Shown here piece by piece: positions 1 through 10,539 of a stretch of DNA of 64,000 nt; the stretch's first letter is position 1, and each line of letters opens with the position of its first letter. The stretch is from assembly GCA_965217865.1 (NCBI GenBank), contig CBDCJO010000002.1, forward strand, positions 3,072,001 to 3,136,000, read 5' to 3'. Below the pieces are notes generated by a model. That model was not told the origin of the DNA and made no database searches. It saw only the letters and a program-made list of their open reading frames with translations. The DNA is from Candidatus Latescibacterota bacterium (lineage in GTDB: Bacteria > Latescibacterota > UBA2968 > SICM01). The translations under genes were made by a program, and so were the position numbers.

Positions 1-767
1 ATCGCCGAGATGAGAGGTCGGAAGAGGTCTGTGTCGTAGTTGGACCAGACCCCCTGGAGCACTGCGCACATCCGCTCGAACCCCATTCCGGTGTCCACGT
101 GTTTTGCGGGGAGTTCCTCCATTTGCCCCGCGGTGTCTCTGTTGAACTGGATAAAGACCAGGTTCCACAATTCCACATAGTCGGCGTCGTTGCTATTGAT
201 GCCATCCGCCCTCTGGGATTCGGGCCGCTCGCCGCGATAGTAGTGGATCTCAGAACACGGCCCGCACGGTCCGGTCTCCCCCATCTCCCAGAAGTTGTCT
301 TTTTTATCGAACCGAAGGACGCGACCTTTCTGAACGTCGGTCTCTGCATACCAGAGCCGTTCGGATTCGTCGTCATCAAGATATACCGTCGCCCAGAGCC
401 GATCCGCGGGAAGCTTCCACACCTCGGTCAGCAGCTTCCATCCCCATTGAATGGCCTCCCGCTTGTAATAGTCGCCGAACGACCAGTTGCCCAACATCTC
501 GAAAAAGGTCTGATGGTCGGGGCTGGAACCCACCTCCTCCAGGTCGTTGTGTTTGCCGGACACGCGGATGCATTTCTGTGAGTCGACCGCTCGTCGGTAG
601 GGGCGTTTTCCGGTTTCCAGAAAAACGTCCTTGAACTGGTTCATCCCGGCGTTGGTGAACAAGAGCGTCGGATCGTCTTTCGGCACAACGGGGGCACTGC
701 GCACACGGGTGTGGCCCCGTTCTTCGAAGAAACTCAGGAATTGTTCGCGGATCTGTTGAGATCTCAT
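1..767 (-). CDS. alaS: Alanine--tRNA ligase, 5' part (runs off window)
   Basis: Minus-strand translation from ATG at 767: [19 protein letters not shown]...[16 protein letters not shown]...[17 protein letters not shown], the canonical AlaRS N-terminus. Confidence 0.97.
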   Translation of the reverse strand, partial: MRSQQIREQFLSFFEERGHTRVRSAPVVPKDDPTLLFTNAGMNQFKDVFLETGKRPYRRAVDSQKCIRVSGKHNDLEEVGSSPDHQTFFEMLGNWSFGDYYKREAIQWGWKLLTEVWKLPADRLWATVYLDDDESERLWYAETDVQKGRVLRFDKKDNFWEMGETGPCGPCSEIHYYRGERPESQRADGINSNDADYVELWNLVFIQFNRDTAGQMEELPAKHVDTGMGFERMCAVLQGVWSNYDTDLFRPLISA

Positions 768-799
768 AGCGGAAAATCAAACAGTAGTGACTAAAAGTC

Positions 800-1333
800 C
801 TAAGATTCCTCTCCCATCTCCGACCACATCCGGAGCGCGCCTTTCCGGGATTCCTCCGGGCTGAAGCCCCGGCGCCTGAGCAGGTCACCCATTCGCCTCA
901 GGGCCTTCTCCCGATCGAGGCCACGGTATCGCTTCGCGCGTTTCCGAAGGACTTCTATGGCATCCTGCTGAGGATCTCGATCTCCGAGGAGATCGTCTAA
1001 CACCTGGGAGATAATCTCCGGGGCAATCCCCTTTCCGGACAACTCACGCTCCAACCTACCACGACCCATCGGGCGGGTGGCCTGCCGGCTTTCAACCCAT
1101 TGTATTGAGAAAGCGCGATCGTCCAACATGCCGAGGCGTTCCAGGGATTCAACCGTCTCCTTTACGACCTCCCTGGAAAAATTCTTCCGGTCGAGCCGAG
1201 AGATGATCTCGCTTTTGCTACGGGCCCGGACCGCCAAAAACCGAAAGGCCGCCTTCTTCGCCTGTTCCACGGCTTCGTCGGTGGAAAACAGTCTCGCAGC
1301 TTCGGTGTCGATCAACGGATGCTTGTCCGACAT
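800..1333 (-). CDS. recX: Regulatory protein RecX
   Basis: AFRFLAVRARSKSEI...LDDRAF...LLRRRGFS motifs; lies between recA and alaS. Confidence 0.93.
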   Translation of the reverse strand: MSDKHPLIDTEAARLFSTDEAVEQAKKAAFRFLAVRARSKSEIISRLDRKNFSREVVKETVESLERLGMLDDRAFSIQWVESRQATRPMGRGRLERELSGKGIAPEIISQVLDDLLGDRDPQQDAIEVLRKRAKRYRGLDREKALRRMGDLLRRRGFSPEESRKGALRMWSEMGEES

Positions 1334-1532
1334 AAGTCTCCTAAAATATGGAAAAGGGGGATTAACGTCAATAATAAATAAAAAGGGCAGGAGATACAGA
1401 TGGATCGAAGAAAGTCTGTACCTTCAGCCCTTAAAGACCAGAAGAACGAGTCAAACTTACTCAGTCAAAAAGTCAGATGAAACCGGTGAATTCAGATCTG
1501 TCCTTTCACCCCACCTCCGGTTTGTTATTGTT

Positions 1533-2555
1533 TTAAGGTTTCTCCCCATCTGTTTTCAACCCGATCTTCTCGCGAATCCCTGCCTCGATCCGACCGGCCA
1601 AATCCGGATGTTCCTTGAGATATTGCCGTGTGTTCTCCCGCCCCTGACCCAAACGCTCTCCATCGTAGGAGAACCAGGTCCCGCTGCGTTGGACGATGTC
1701 GTAGAGTTCACCCATGTCCAGAAGGCTTCCCTCGCGTGAGATCCCGGACCCGTATATGATGTCAAACTCGGCTTCCTTAAACGGCGGGGCCATCTTGTTC
1801 TTGACGACTCTCACCTTCGCCCGCTGTCCGATGATATTGTGCCCGTCCTTGATGGATGATATCCGCCGGATGTCGAGCCTGACGGAGGAGTAGAACTTGA
1901 GGGCCTGCCCCCCGGTGGTGGTTTCGGGGTTTCCAAACATGATGCCTATTTTCATACGGATCTGATTGGTGAAAATAACACAGGTTTTCGACTTGCTGAT
2001 CGAGGCGGTGAGGATGCGCATGGCCTGAGACATCAACCGGGCGTGGAGACCCATATGGGAGTCCCCCATCTCCCCGTTCAACTCCGCGCGTGGAACCAAG
2101 GCGGCGACGGAATCCACGGCCACAACGTCGAAGGCACCGCTTCTGACAAGGGTGTCCGTTATCTGGAGGGCCTCCTCACCGGTGTCGGGTTGGGAAATGA
2201 GGAGGTCATCAATATTCACCCCCACCGTCCGGGCCAAATCGACGTTCAGGGCGTGTTCCGCATCGACGAATGCGACGGTCCCCCCCTGTTTCTGGGCTTC
2301 AGCCATAATATGGAGGACCAATGTCGTCTTTCCCGAGCCTTCAGGGCCGTAGATCTCGACGACCCGGCCCCGGGGTACACCGCCGATGCCCAGCGACGCA
2401 TCGAGCGTGATAGATCCCGTGGGAATGCCGTCCCCCTCAACCGGCGCCCCTTCGTCGCCGAGCCTCATAATGGATCCCTTTCCGAATTGTTTCTCGATTT
2501 GGGAGATGGCCTGATCGATGGCCTTCTTCTTGGTGTCAGCTGGATTGCGAACCAT
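1533..2555 (-). CDS. recA: Recombinase RecA
   Basis: [20 protein letters not shown] Walker [17 protein letters not shown]. Confidence 0.99.
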   Translation of the reverse strand: MVRNPADTKKKAIDQAISQIEKQFGKGSIMRLGDEGAPVEGDGIPTGSITLDASLGIGGVPRGRVVEIYGPEGSGKTTLVLHIMAEAQKQGGTVAFVDAEHALNVDLARTVGVNIDDLLISQPDTGEEALQITDTLVRSGAFDVVAVDSVAALVPRAELNGEMGDSHMGLHARLMSQAMRILTASISKSKTCVIFTNQIRMKIGIMFGNPETTTGGQALKFYSSVRLDIRRISSIKDGHNIIGQRAKVRVVKNKMAPPFKEAEFDIIYGSGISREGSLLDMGELYDIVQRSGTWFSYDGERLGQGRENTRQYLKEHPDLAGRIEAGIREKIGLKTDGEKP

Positions 2556-2638
2556 GGCTTATCTCTCCTGGGGCTGGATGAACGGGCGGTGATTTGTCTC
2601 GAGATGTCTTCAGAGGGCGAATCTGCACAGCCCTGCGA

Positions 2639-2667
2639 AATATACTGAACAAAAGTGTATATGTCAA
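2639..2667 (-). promoter_or_regulatory. Sigma70-type recA promoter with a possible LexA-like operator in the spacer
   Basis: Minus strand TTGACA-17 bp-TATATT; spacer holds the imperfect palindrome TGAAC-N4-GTGTA. Confidence 0.7.
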
Positions 2668-2939
2668 GAGAAAACCGTATGCCATGAATTATTTTAACTG
2701 TATATTATTATAGAGTTAGATCTGTTCGGTCCTCCCGCTTCGAAAACGGGAATCCGTGCCAACCGACAGGGATGAAAATATGGATGCCGGATGAAAATAG
2801 TTTTCACAGAATTTGCGTGCGTTTCATCCGTGGTTGAACGCTTTTTCTTGACACGAACGGTATTTTCCGAACAATTGAAGGCCTGTCTCCCGAGAGGATT
2901 TGCAAAGGTCGTGCCATGAAGGTATTTGAGTCCGGAGAT

Positions 2940-3139
2940 CTAGTGTCGTGTCCCAGTAATTCCTTACAAAAGAAAGTCTCCAAAAACGTAGCGGTGGCTG
3001 TCATTTTGATCGAGAGCCAGCGAGCGAAGATCGCACCAACTGTCTGATAGTTCGGGACATAGAGATCCTTCGCTCCGCTCAGGACGAACAGACCGCTATC
3101 CGAGAAATTATTGAAGGAACTTCTGGGACACGACACTAG
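2940..3139. mobile_element. MITE, ~200 bp, copy 1
   Basis: Terminal inverted repeats CTAGTGTCGTGTCCCAG...CTGGGACACGACACTAG; near-identical copy at 11083-11281; no credible ORF. Confidence 0.9.
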
Positions 3140-3157
3140 GGGGTCGAATCTCGGAAA

Positions 3158-3715
3158 TCAACCCAGGACTGTCCTGGCCAAGGGGGTATAAACAGGGCCT
3201 TCCGGGCGAAGATCGCTCTTCAAGATGAGGATTTCACGGACGAGCATTTCAGAAGTGGATTGAATCGGGATCGTGGGGGCGTTCCATAAAGCCCTCCGAC
3301 CCCGGCGAACCCGGCCGATGGTGATGTGGGGCGAAAACGGTTTGTCCTGCTTCGAAAAGTCGGATCTGAACAATTCATCCTCGATCCGACTCTGGAGTCT
3401 TTTCAGGGTTTCGAGGTCACCCTCCAGGTTTATGTAGAGCACTCGGGGCCGACGGAGATCCGGGAATCCCCCCAAGGATCCGGGACGGAGTGTGAAGGGG
3501 AGCGTTCCCTCTGCCCCAGCCAGGACCGCGCGCCGAACCCGTAAAACCCCTCCCTCATCAAGGCTTCCGAGAAAACGGAGGGTGAGGTGAATGTTCTGAA
3601 CGGCGACCCAACGAACGCCTTCCACGAGTTGTTGCAATCCCTCGATGTAGCGCTCAAGGTCCTGACTGATCTCATTCCCCAGGCCAATGGCGATGAAGGT
3701 TCTGATTCCACTCAC
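3158..3715 (-). CDS. thpR: RNA 2',3'-cyclic phosphodiesterase (2H family)
   Basis: RTFIAI start, HLTLRFLG and PHITIGR HxT motifs; cinA-thpR-recA context. Confidence 0.95.
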   Translation of the reverse strand: MSGIRTFIAIGLGNEISQDLERYIEGLQQLVEGVRWVAVQNIHLTLRFLGSLDEGGVLRVRRAVLAGAEGTLPFTLRPGSLGGFPDLRRPRVLYINLEGDLETLKRLQSRIEDELFRSDFSKQDKPFSPHITIGRVRRGRRALWNAPTIPIQSTSEMLVREILILKSDLRPEGPVYTPLARTVLG

Positions 3716-3783
3716 TGGTCTGCGTGTCCTTCTCGATTCCGAAACGCCGGTTGGTTGCCCTTAACGTGTAACTGTCGGATTTT

Positions 3784-4620
3784 TTACTTAGGATTCGGGG
3801 GTGATCGATACAGCCCCATCTTGTGTATCAGTCGCTGGACCCCTTCCGGGACCAGGTCCTCTATGGGCTTCCGACGCTGTATTCGGTCTCGAACCATCGA
3901 TGAGGAAATCTTCGCGTGACGGGGATCAAGCTCGATCACGTCGATCCGGTGGGCGTAGTTTCGACACTCTGGTCTCTTGATAAAACGGCGTATGGTTTCA
4001 ACCCCGTGTGTCCCGCGGTTTGCCGCCACAAAGCGGCTGGAGGCGAACAACCGCTCCAGCTCAAGGGGCATATCCGTGTAATATTTCGGATCGAAAAGAC
4101 GGATCAACGTGTCGTATCCGACGATGAAACAGGGATGCGTCTCGCGGGGGTAATGCGGTCGGACGGCATCGGCTTTATCGATGAATCGAGGATGGGTTAC
4201 GGCACCGACCGAATAGGTGGGATGATCGCGGGCGAGGATATCCAGCATGAGGAGCCGAGCCTCCAACGGGGCGCCAAAAAGCCGCTTGTCCACGTTTGCT
4301 TTCGCGAGCAGAAGCAGTATTTCGTCGAAACGACAATGGCGGTCGGCCTCCTCGATCATCCTGAGATGAGCGCTGGTGGGGGGGTTGAAAGAAGCGGAAA
4401 AGATCCCCAGAGTTTGAACCGACGACCGGACACGGGAGGCTCGATGAACGATCACGGACTGTGGGGGACCTTCGGCCCTCAGCCCATCGATAACCCCGCG
4501 AAACGCTTCGAGTCGATTCCGGGTTGAGGTGGAACCTGAGTCGTCTGGTGTGGACCCCATAGTGAAAAAAAGGATCTGAGGGTGAACCTTGAAGCGCATC
4601 TCGTCAAGAATCCGCTTCAA
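3784..4620 (-). CDS. Nicotinamide/nicotinate mononucleotide adenylyltransferase-like protein (Pof1-like)
   Basis: SFNPPTSAH, LLLAKANVDK, GYDTLIRLFDPKYY, ISSSMVRD motifs; start overlaps the cinA stop. Confidence 0.8.
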   Translation of the reverse strand: MKRILDEMRFKVHPQILFFTMGSTPDDSGSTSTRNRLEAFRGVIDGLRAEGPPQSVIVHRASRVRSSVQTLGIFSASFNPPTSAHLRMIEEADRHCRFDEILLLLAKANVDKRLFGAPLEARLLMLDILARDHPTYSVGAVTHPRFIDKADAVRPHYPRETHPCFIVGYDTLIRLFDPKYYTDMPLELERLFASSRFVAANRGTHGVETIRRFIKRPECRNYAHRIDVIELDPRHAKISSSMVRDRIQRRKPIEDLVPEGVQRLIHKMGLYRSPPNPK

Positions 4621-5849
4621 GGACCCTGGCTTCTGAGGAACTGGAACGCGGTTATCAAGGCGGTATGGGCCATGCGTTCCCGAACCCCTTTTCGATCCTG
4701 CCCGAAGATGTGGTGTTCGGAAGCTGTACGATCTCCGACGGCAAGCCCTACGAACAGGGTACCTGCTGGAACCTCCGGGGAATTCGATTCCGATTCCGAG
4801 TTGTCGGCCGTTGCCAATCCGACATCCGCCCCGAAGAAGCGCCGAACCCCAAGGGCCGCTTCGGAAACCCGAGAGGAAACAGAGATCGAATTCGGTGTTA
4901 AAGTTCCCTGTAGGCCCAGCTTTGAGGAAAGCATCTCGAGGTTCTCGGCAACAATCGCTCCACTCAATACGTCAGATGCACGGGGGTGTTCGGTAAGCCT
5001 TTGAACCACGTTTCCCCCGGTACACCCCTCGGCAATCGCCACTTTTAGATTCCGACGGTTTAGTTCTTCGATGAGCAACTTCTGGATCGAATCGCTCCCC
5101 TCTGCATAGATGAAAGGACCTGCGCGGGTATATATCTGGTCCGCGACATCCCGGGCACCCTTTCGGCAGGCCTCTTGATCCGGACCTTTGATCGTAATCC
5201 TTAGGTCAATTCCAGTCCCCTTCGGAAGCGAAGAGACGCTATCGAGACCCCGTATGTCCCGGATGCGTTCGAAAAGGGCGGATTCAGAGATGCCGCTGCT
5301 GCGCAATGTCAGGTGATGGATGACCAGGCCTCCCGTCTCCCGAGAAAGGATCGGGAGGACGTGGTCGGTCATGAGTCGCTCCATTTCCCCCGGAACTCCC
5401 GGTATCAAGAAGATCTGCCTTCCATCCCGAACGAGATGGAGACCCGGCGCGGTTCCTACGGGGTTCCAAAGGACCGATGCGCCTACGGGGATCATCGCCT
5501 GCACCACGTTGCTCTCGGGCATCTCGATCCCTCTGCGGACAAACCTCTCCCGGATATGGTCCAAGACCTCCTCGTCGAGTCGTGTTTGCATCCCGAAAAT
5601 ATCACAGAAGACTTTCTTGGTGATGTCATCGTGAGTCGGACCCAGGCCGCCTGTCACTACGACCACAGCCACTCTTTTCCAGGCTGATTTAAACGCCTCA
5701 AGGAGACGGTCGTAGCTGTCGCCGACGGTGGTTATCCAATCAACGGACACTCCGATTTCGGACAAGCGCACCCCGATGAAGGCAGAGTTGGTGTCGACGA
5801 TATGTCCGAAGAGGATCTCATCACCCACGGTGACGATCTCTGCGTTCAC
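4617..5849 (-). CDS. cinA: CinA family protein (MocF pyrophosphatase domain + degenerate PncC domain)
   Basis: VGDEILFGHIVDTNS, GGLGPTHDDIT, PGVPGEM; C-terminal AEGCTGG where AESCTGG is usual. Confidence 0.93.
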   Translation of the reverse strand: MNAEIVTVGDEILFGHIVDTNSAFIGVRLSEIGVSVDWITTVGDSYDRLLEAFKSAWKRVAVVVVTGGLGPTHDDITKKVFCDIFGMQTRLDEEVLDHIRERFVRRGIEMPESNVVQAMIPVGASVLWNPVGTAPGLHLVRDGRQIFLIPGVPGEMERLMTDHVLPILSRETGGLVIHHLTLRSSGISESALFERIRDIRGLDSVSSLPKGTGIDLRITIKGPDQEACRKGARDVADQIYTRAGPFIYAEGSDSIQKLLIEELNRRNLKVAIAEGCTGGNVVQRLTEHPRASDVLSGAIVAENLEMLSSKLGLQGTLTPNSISVSSRVSEAALGVRRFFGADVGLATADNSESESNSPEVPAGTLFVGLAVGDRTASEHHIFGQDRKGVRERMAHTALITAFQFLRSQGP

Positions 5850-5981
5850 GGGAGCTCCTATGCCCTTTGAGTCATCTGTCGGACGTAGCGGGGGACTTGA
5901 TGAGAAGAGAGGGGGAGAGAAGGTGCTGGGGGGAGGGTTTGATGAGAAGGCGTCCTTTCGTCTTGGCGAGAAACGGCAGCC

Positions 5982-6440
5982 TTATGGTGACCCATCACTT
6001 ACCATTAACCTCCATCCCTGAAGGAGGATGTTTCCGTAAATTCCTGCCGCAACATCATCAAGCATCACCCCCCATCCCGCGGGCAGCCGTTCTAGGAAGC
6101 GGGCGGGTTGGGGTTTCAGGATGTCCAGAATTCTAAAAATGAAAAATGCCGCAACGCCCATCAGGAGGGATTTCGGAAGCAGGGCAACGGTCACGCCAAA
6201 CCCCACGATTTCATCGATCACCACATAACGGGGGTCCTTTCCCCATTCCGTTTCCGCGATCGAGGAGACCTTCACCCCTACAGCGAAAAGGGTCAGGAGC
6301 CCAGCCAACCAGAGATGAGTCGGGGTAATCGGAAGCAGGAGATAAAGGATAAGTCCGACGAGGCTGCCAGCAGAGGCAGGGGCGACCGGGGCATAGCCTG
6401 AAAACCCCCCCGTGGCGATAAAGCGCGTTATGAAGTTGAT
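5982..6440 (-). CDS. pgpA: Phosphatidylglycerophosphatase A (probable ATC start)
   Basis: IATGGFSGYAPVAP, KDPRYVVIDEIVG, FRILDILKP, GWGVMLDDVAAG; frame is open upstream of the listed ORF to ATC at 6440. Confidence 0.9.
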   Translation of the reverse strand: MNFITRFIATGGFSGYAPVAPASAGSLVGLILYLLLPITPTHLWLAGLLTLFAVGVKVSSIAETEWGKDPRYVVIDEIVGFGVTVALLPKSLLMGVAAFFIFRILDILKPQPARFLERLPAGWGVMLDDVAAGIYGNILLQGWRLMVSDGSP

Positions 6441-6495
6441 AACGGATTCCCCTTCGGAATAGAAAAATGATGGGGAATATTGGACCCCTGTTCAC

Positions 6496-7068
6496 CTATT
6501 TCGGGATCTTGGATAGGAGTTGACGGTTCCCCCATACATAATCCAGAGCGGACCAGGCCGTCACCAGCGTAACGGCCATCATGAAGCTGCGGGCATAGTT
6601 TGAAATGAGGTCGGGGTTTCCCTTCATGAGGATCAGAACCTGGATGGAGATGATGCTCGTCCCCTGGACAAGGGCCTTGATCTTGCCGCTCCGGCGGGCA
6701 GCAATAATCACCCCCTGGGCGGCTCCGGCCGTGCGAAGCGTCGAGATGAGCATATCCCGATAGATAATCGTGGCCACCATCCAAAGGGGGACAAGACCCG
6801 CGCCCAAATAGCAAAGAAAGACCGTGAAACGGGAGATGCTGTCGGCAAGGGGGTCGAATATCTTTCCGAATGAGGTCACCTGGCCCCTAGACCGAGCGAG
6901 GTGTCCGTCCAGGAGGTCTGAGCCTTCGGACATCGTTACGATGAAAAGCGACATTGGCGCCGAAAGCGGGCTGTCCCAGAAGAAGACCGCGATAAAGACC
7001 GGGCTCATCAGCAGCCGGAAAGTCGTCAGCGCATTGGCCAGGGTCAAAGGGATTGAAAGGGCGTACAT
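6496..7068 (-). CDS. pgsA: CDP-diacylglycerol--glycerol-3-phosphate 3-phosphatidyltransferase
   Basis: ANALTTFR, DLLDGHLARSRGQVTSFGKIFDPLAD signature. Confidence 0.93.
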   Translation of the reverse strand: MYALSIPLTLANALTTFRLLMSPVFIAVFFWDSPLSAPMSLFIVTMSEGSDLLDGHLARSRGQVTSFGKIFDPLADSISRFTVFLCYLGAGLVPLWMVATIIYRDMLISTLRTAGAAQGVIIAARRSGKIKALVQGTSIISIQVLILMKGNPDLISNYARSFMMAVTLVTAWSALDYVWGNRQLLSKIPK

Positions 7069-7134
7069 CGAATGGCCACCTTGAACTGTCGGGACTCCGG
7101 ACCGGGTTAAGGACCCCCGGACGGTGATCGACTT

Positions 7135-7728
7135 TTAGAGCTCTTGTCTTCCTTCTAAAGATCGGGCAAGTGTCAATCCGTCGGCCAATTCCAAATCGCT
7201 CCCGACGGGGACGCCTCTGGCAATCCGGGTCGTTCGGATTCCGAGGGGTCGAATGATCCCATCCAGGTAGTGCGCAGTAGCATCCCCTTCTGTGTCGGGG
7301 TTGTGTCCGTATATCACCTCGTTGACCTCACCGGTTTTCAGGCGGGCCATGAGTTCGTCGATTCTCAAATGATCGGGCCCCACGCCGTCCAGTGGAGAGA
7401 GGACACCCCCCAGTACGTGGTAGAGTCCACGGTGGGTCCGGGCCCGCTCAAATGCGAGTACTTCGCTGACCCCCTCAACGACAAGGAGGGTCGTCCGATC
7501 CCGCAATGGATCGGAACAGATGGAACAGGGGTCTGCCTCGGTCAAGAAGAAACAGATGGAGCAGGGGTGGACCCGGGATTTTACCTGGACGAGAAGTCGG
7601 GCAAGGGTTTCCACCGCATCGGTCTGGTTTCGGAGGAGATGAAAGGCAATCCGCTGGGCCGACCGCGGACCGATCCCCGGTAATTTGGTGAGTTCAGCGA
7701 TCAAAAGATCGACGGATTCGGAAACCAT
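7135..7728 (-). CDS. recR: Recombination protein RecR
   Basis: LPGIGPRSAQRIAFHL, C4 zinc finger, YHVLGGVLSPLDG. Confidence 0.98.
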   Translation of the reverse strand: MVSESVDLLIAELTKLPGIGPRSAQRIAFHLLRNQTDAVETLARLLVQVKSRVHPCSICFFLTEADPCSICSDPLRDRTTLLVVEGVSEVLAFERARTHRGLYHVLGGVLSPLDGVGPDHLRIDELMARLKTGEVNEVIYGHNPDTEGDATAHYLDGIIRPLGIRTTRIARGVPVGSDLELADGLTLARSLEGRQEL

Positions 7729-7780
7729 AATCGCGCGGAAGGGGATTTTTCAGGGAAGGGTTAAGGGATGATTCCACGAT

Positions 7781-8110
7781 TCACATCCACGGAAGTTTCA
7801 TCCCACCCCCCCCGGGTATGATCCCTCCCGTGACCTTCTGCATTTCCTCCTGGGCCATCGCGGACGCTTTTTCCAACGCCTGATTGACGGCCGCGAGGAT
7901 GAGGTCTTCAAGCATTTCGACGTCATCCGGCACCACGACTTCGGGGTCGATCCGGACCGAAATGATCTCCTGCTTTCCGTTTGCCACCGCCACAACCATC
8001 CCTCCCCCGGAGGTTCCTTCCACCTGTTTCTGTTCCAGATCCTCCTGAATCTTCTCCATCTGTTCCTGGAGTTTTTTAGCCTGTTTCATGATGTTCCCCA
8101 TACCCTTCAT
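7781..8110 (-). CDS. ybaB: Nucleoid-associated protein YbaB/EbfC
   Basis: [11 protein letters not shown]...GTSGGGMV...[14 protein letters not shown]; dnaX-ybaB-recR order. Confidence 0.96.
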   Translation of the reverse strand: MKGMGNIMKQAKKLQEQMEKIQEDLEQKQVEGTSGGGMVVAVANGKQEIISVRIDPEVVVPDDVEMLEDLILAAVNQALEKASAMAQEEMQKVTGGIIPGGGGMKLPWM

Positions 8111-8243
8111 ACCGGCGCTCCGAATAAAATATGAATGTCAATTTTCTAAGAGATAACCCTTCGCTGCGCTCAGCCGAAACCTCATTCGATCCGGAAGGCG
8201 CAATGATATTTGGCACGCCATCGTGCTCCCTCACCCCGCCTCG

Positions 8244-8280
8244 GACCCACCCCTAAATCCCCTCCAAGGAGGGGACTTCA
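8244..8280. repeat. REP-like palindrome CCCCTCCAAGGAGGGG
   Basis: Same motif recurs several times at 26510-26668. Confidence 0.65.
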
Positions 8281-8359
8281 CCCCTATCGCGGGCTTCGTT
8301 TCGCTCAGCCGAAACGAATAGGGATGTAAGCTCTTGCATAGAAGCTGAAATGTAAGACT

Positions 8360-10051
8360 CTAAACGGGTCTTTCGGCCCCTCGACCCAGGATCTCTCCAT
8401 CGAATATCTCTAATACGGTCTGAACGGGAGGGGATATATCTAAATCCCTCTTCTCCCGGGAATCGGCACGTTCGAAGTCCCCCTGGTCTTCGTTTCGGGG
8501 TTCGCCCAGGCGGCATTCCACACGCAGCCGGGTGCCGATGACCTCGGCGATCGTATCTTCGAGCACCTGTTTGTTCCTCTTGATCTGGTTTGCCTGGAAC
8601 GCGGCGGTGGGTGGAAACCCGATGTGGAGGCACCGCTCGACCAAAGCACAGGGGGTTCCTACCCCGAGTTGGACGCCGAGCGGCATGGAGGCTTTTTTTG
8701 TCCGATCGATGATTTCACCCCAAGCCCCTTCGATGACTTCCAGTGAAGGGTTGTCCGATGCAGGAAGCGAGGGAGATCCGACAGCCTTTTCCTCCGGATC
8801 CATTCCTGGTCCGCCGGGGCGGGCTGGTTCCGATTGAGGGTTCCCGGGTCCATTCTGATGATTCCCCGAAGAAGGATTACGCAATCCTCGGACCTGAATA
8901 CCCCCTCGCAATCCGGTTTCGATTCGATCCAGGCGCCCCAGCAACTCCTCGATCCTTACCGTGGACTCCAGCGCAATCAGTTTGACCATGGTGAGTTCGA
9001 GGTGAAGCCGGGGTTGGGAAACCGAATCGACGGCCACTTCGTGGTCGGAGACGATCTGAATCATCATCAGGAGGTCCTCCTGGCTGAATCCCTCCGCGCA
9101 CGCCATGGTTCGGGCCTTTTCGGCATCCGATAGGTCCAGGCTATCGGATCCTCCGTGGATCTTGCAGACCAGGAGATTCCGGAGGTGTTCCAGAAGTCCC
9201 CGGACGAACTCTCCGATGTCTCCTCCCTGTCCGATCAGTTCTTCGATCAGGTTCAAACCTCCAACCCGATCTTTTTTGGCAATGGCCTCCGTGGTCTTGA
9301 AAAAGATGTCCTGGTCCAAGATTCCCAGGGCTTCCCGAACATCATCGCCAGCAGGGGAGGTCCCGGCATAGGCCACGACCTGGTCGAGAAGGCTCCAGGC
9401 ATCTCGCATCGCCCCGTCCGCACGCCTCGCGATCAGAAACAGGGCTTCTTCGGGGATCCTGATCCCTTCCTTCTCGGCTGTAGCCGCGAGCCGATTTGCG
9501 ATGTCCTCCGAAGGGATACGCCGGAAGTTAAATCGCTGGCATCGCGATAAAATCGTTGAAGGAACCTTCTGCTGTTCGGTGGTGGCAAGGATGAATATGA
9601 CGTGCGAAGGAGGTTCCTCAAGGGTTTTCAGAAGGGCATTGAAAGCCTCAGGGGTGAGCATGTGGACTTCGTCGATGATATAAACTTTTTTACCCGTCGG
9701 TTTTGAGAGGCCCAGGATCACCTTCTCTCGGAGGCTCCTGATCTCATCGATACCCCGATTGGACGCGGCGTCGATCTCAAGCACGTCAGGGCTGTTCCCA
9801 AGATCGATGGACTTGCACGGACGACAGTCGTTGCAGGGGGTGGGGGTGGGACCCGATTCGCAATTGAGGGCTTTGGCCAGTATCCGCGCCGTGGTGGTCT
9901 TCCCACATCCTCTAGGTCCGGAGAACATGTATGCGTGCGCGATCCTACTAGATATGACGGCGTTTTGGAGGGTTATTGTCACGTGGTTTTGTGCTATGAC
10001 GTCCTCAAACAAGGCCGGACGCCATTTTCGGGCCATCACGATATAAGACAT
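8360..10051 (-). CDS. dnaX: DNA polymerase III subunit gamma/tau
   Basis: ARKWRP, GPRGCGKTT, EIDAASNRG, IIDEVHML, NALLKTLEEPP. Confidence 0.98.
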   Translation of the reverse strand: MSYIVMARKWRPALFEDVIAQNHVTITLQNAVISSRIAHAYMFSGPRGCGKTTTARILAKALNCESGPTPTPCNDCRPCKSIDLGNSPDVLEIDAASNRGIDEIRSLREKVILGLSKPTGKKVYIIDEVHMLTPEAFNALLKTLEEPPSHVIFILATTEQQKVPSTILSRCQRFNFRRIPSEDIANRLAATAEKEGIRIPEEALFLIARRADGAMRDAWSLLDQVVAYAGTSPAGDDVREALGILDQDIFFKTTEAIAKKDRVGGLNLIEELIGQGGDIGEFVRGLLEHLRNLLVCKIHGGSDSLDLSDAEKARTMACAEGFSQEDLLMMIQIVSDHEVAVDSVSQPRLHLELTMVKLIALESTVRIEELLGRLDRIETGLRGGIQVRGLRNPSSGNHQNGPGNPQSEPARPGGPGMDPEEKAVGSPSLPASDNPSLEVIEGAWGEIIDRTKKASMPLGVQLGVGTPCALVERCLHIGFPPTAAFQANQIKRNKQVLEDTIAEVIGTRLRVECRLGEPRNEDQGDFERADSREKRDLDISPPVQTVLEIFDGEILGRGAERPV

Positions 10052-10102
10052 TTGAGCACCCAGGAACGGATGAGAGATTTATGAGGCGGGAAAAGAAAAA
10101 AA

Positions 10103-10374
<272 letters not shown>

Positions 10375-10446
10375 TTTATCAGAGACCGGCAGACCCCGCG
10401 TGCGCCTGTTGTTCATAATCCAGTCTGCCGTATTACATCCAATTTC

Positions 10447-10522
10447 TGGTGGAGCAGATGGGGATCGAACCCACGACCTCAGCGTTGCGAACGCTGCGCT
10501 CTCCCATCTGAGCTACTGCCCC
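10447..10522 (-). tRNA. tRNA-Ala(CGC)
   Basis: GGGGCAGTAGCTCAG...CAGCG-TTCGCAA-CGCTG...GGTTCGATCCC...CCA, 76 nt. Confidence 0.96.
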
Positions 10523-10539
10523 ACCGATGGGAATGAATG

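Noticed and set aside
2804-3136. ORFs MTATATFLETFFCK... repeated at 10917-11147
   Set aside because: Translations of the MITE, not genes
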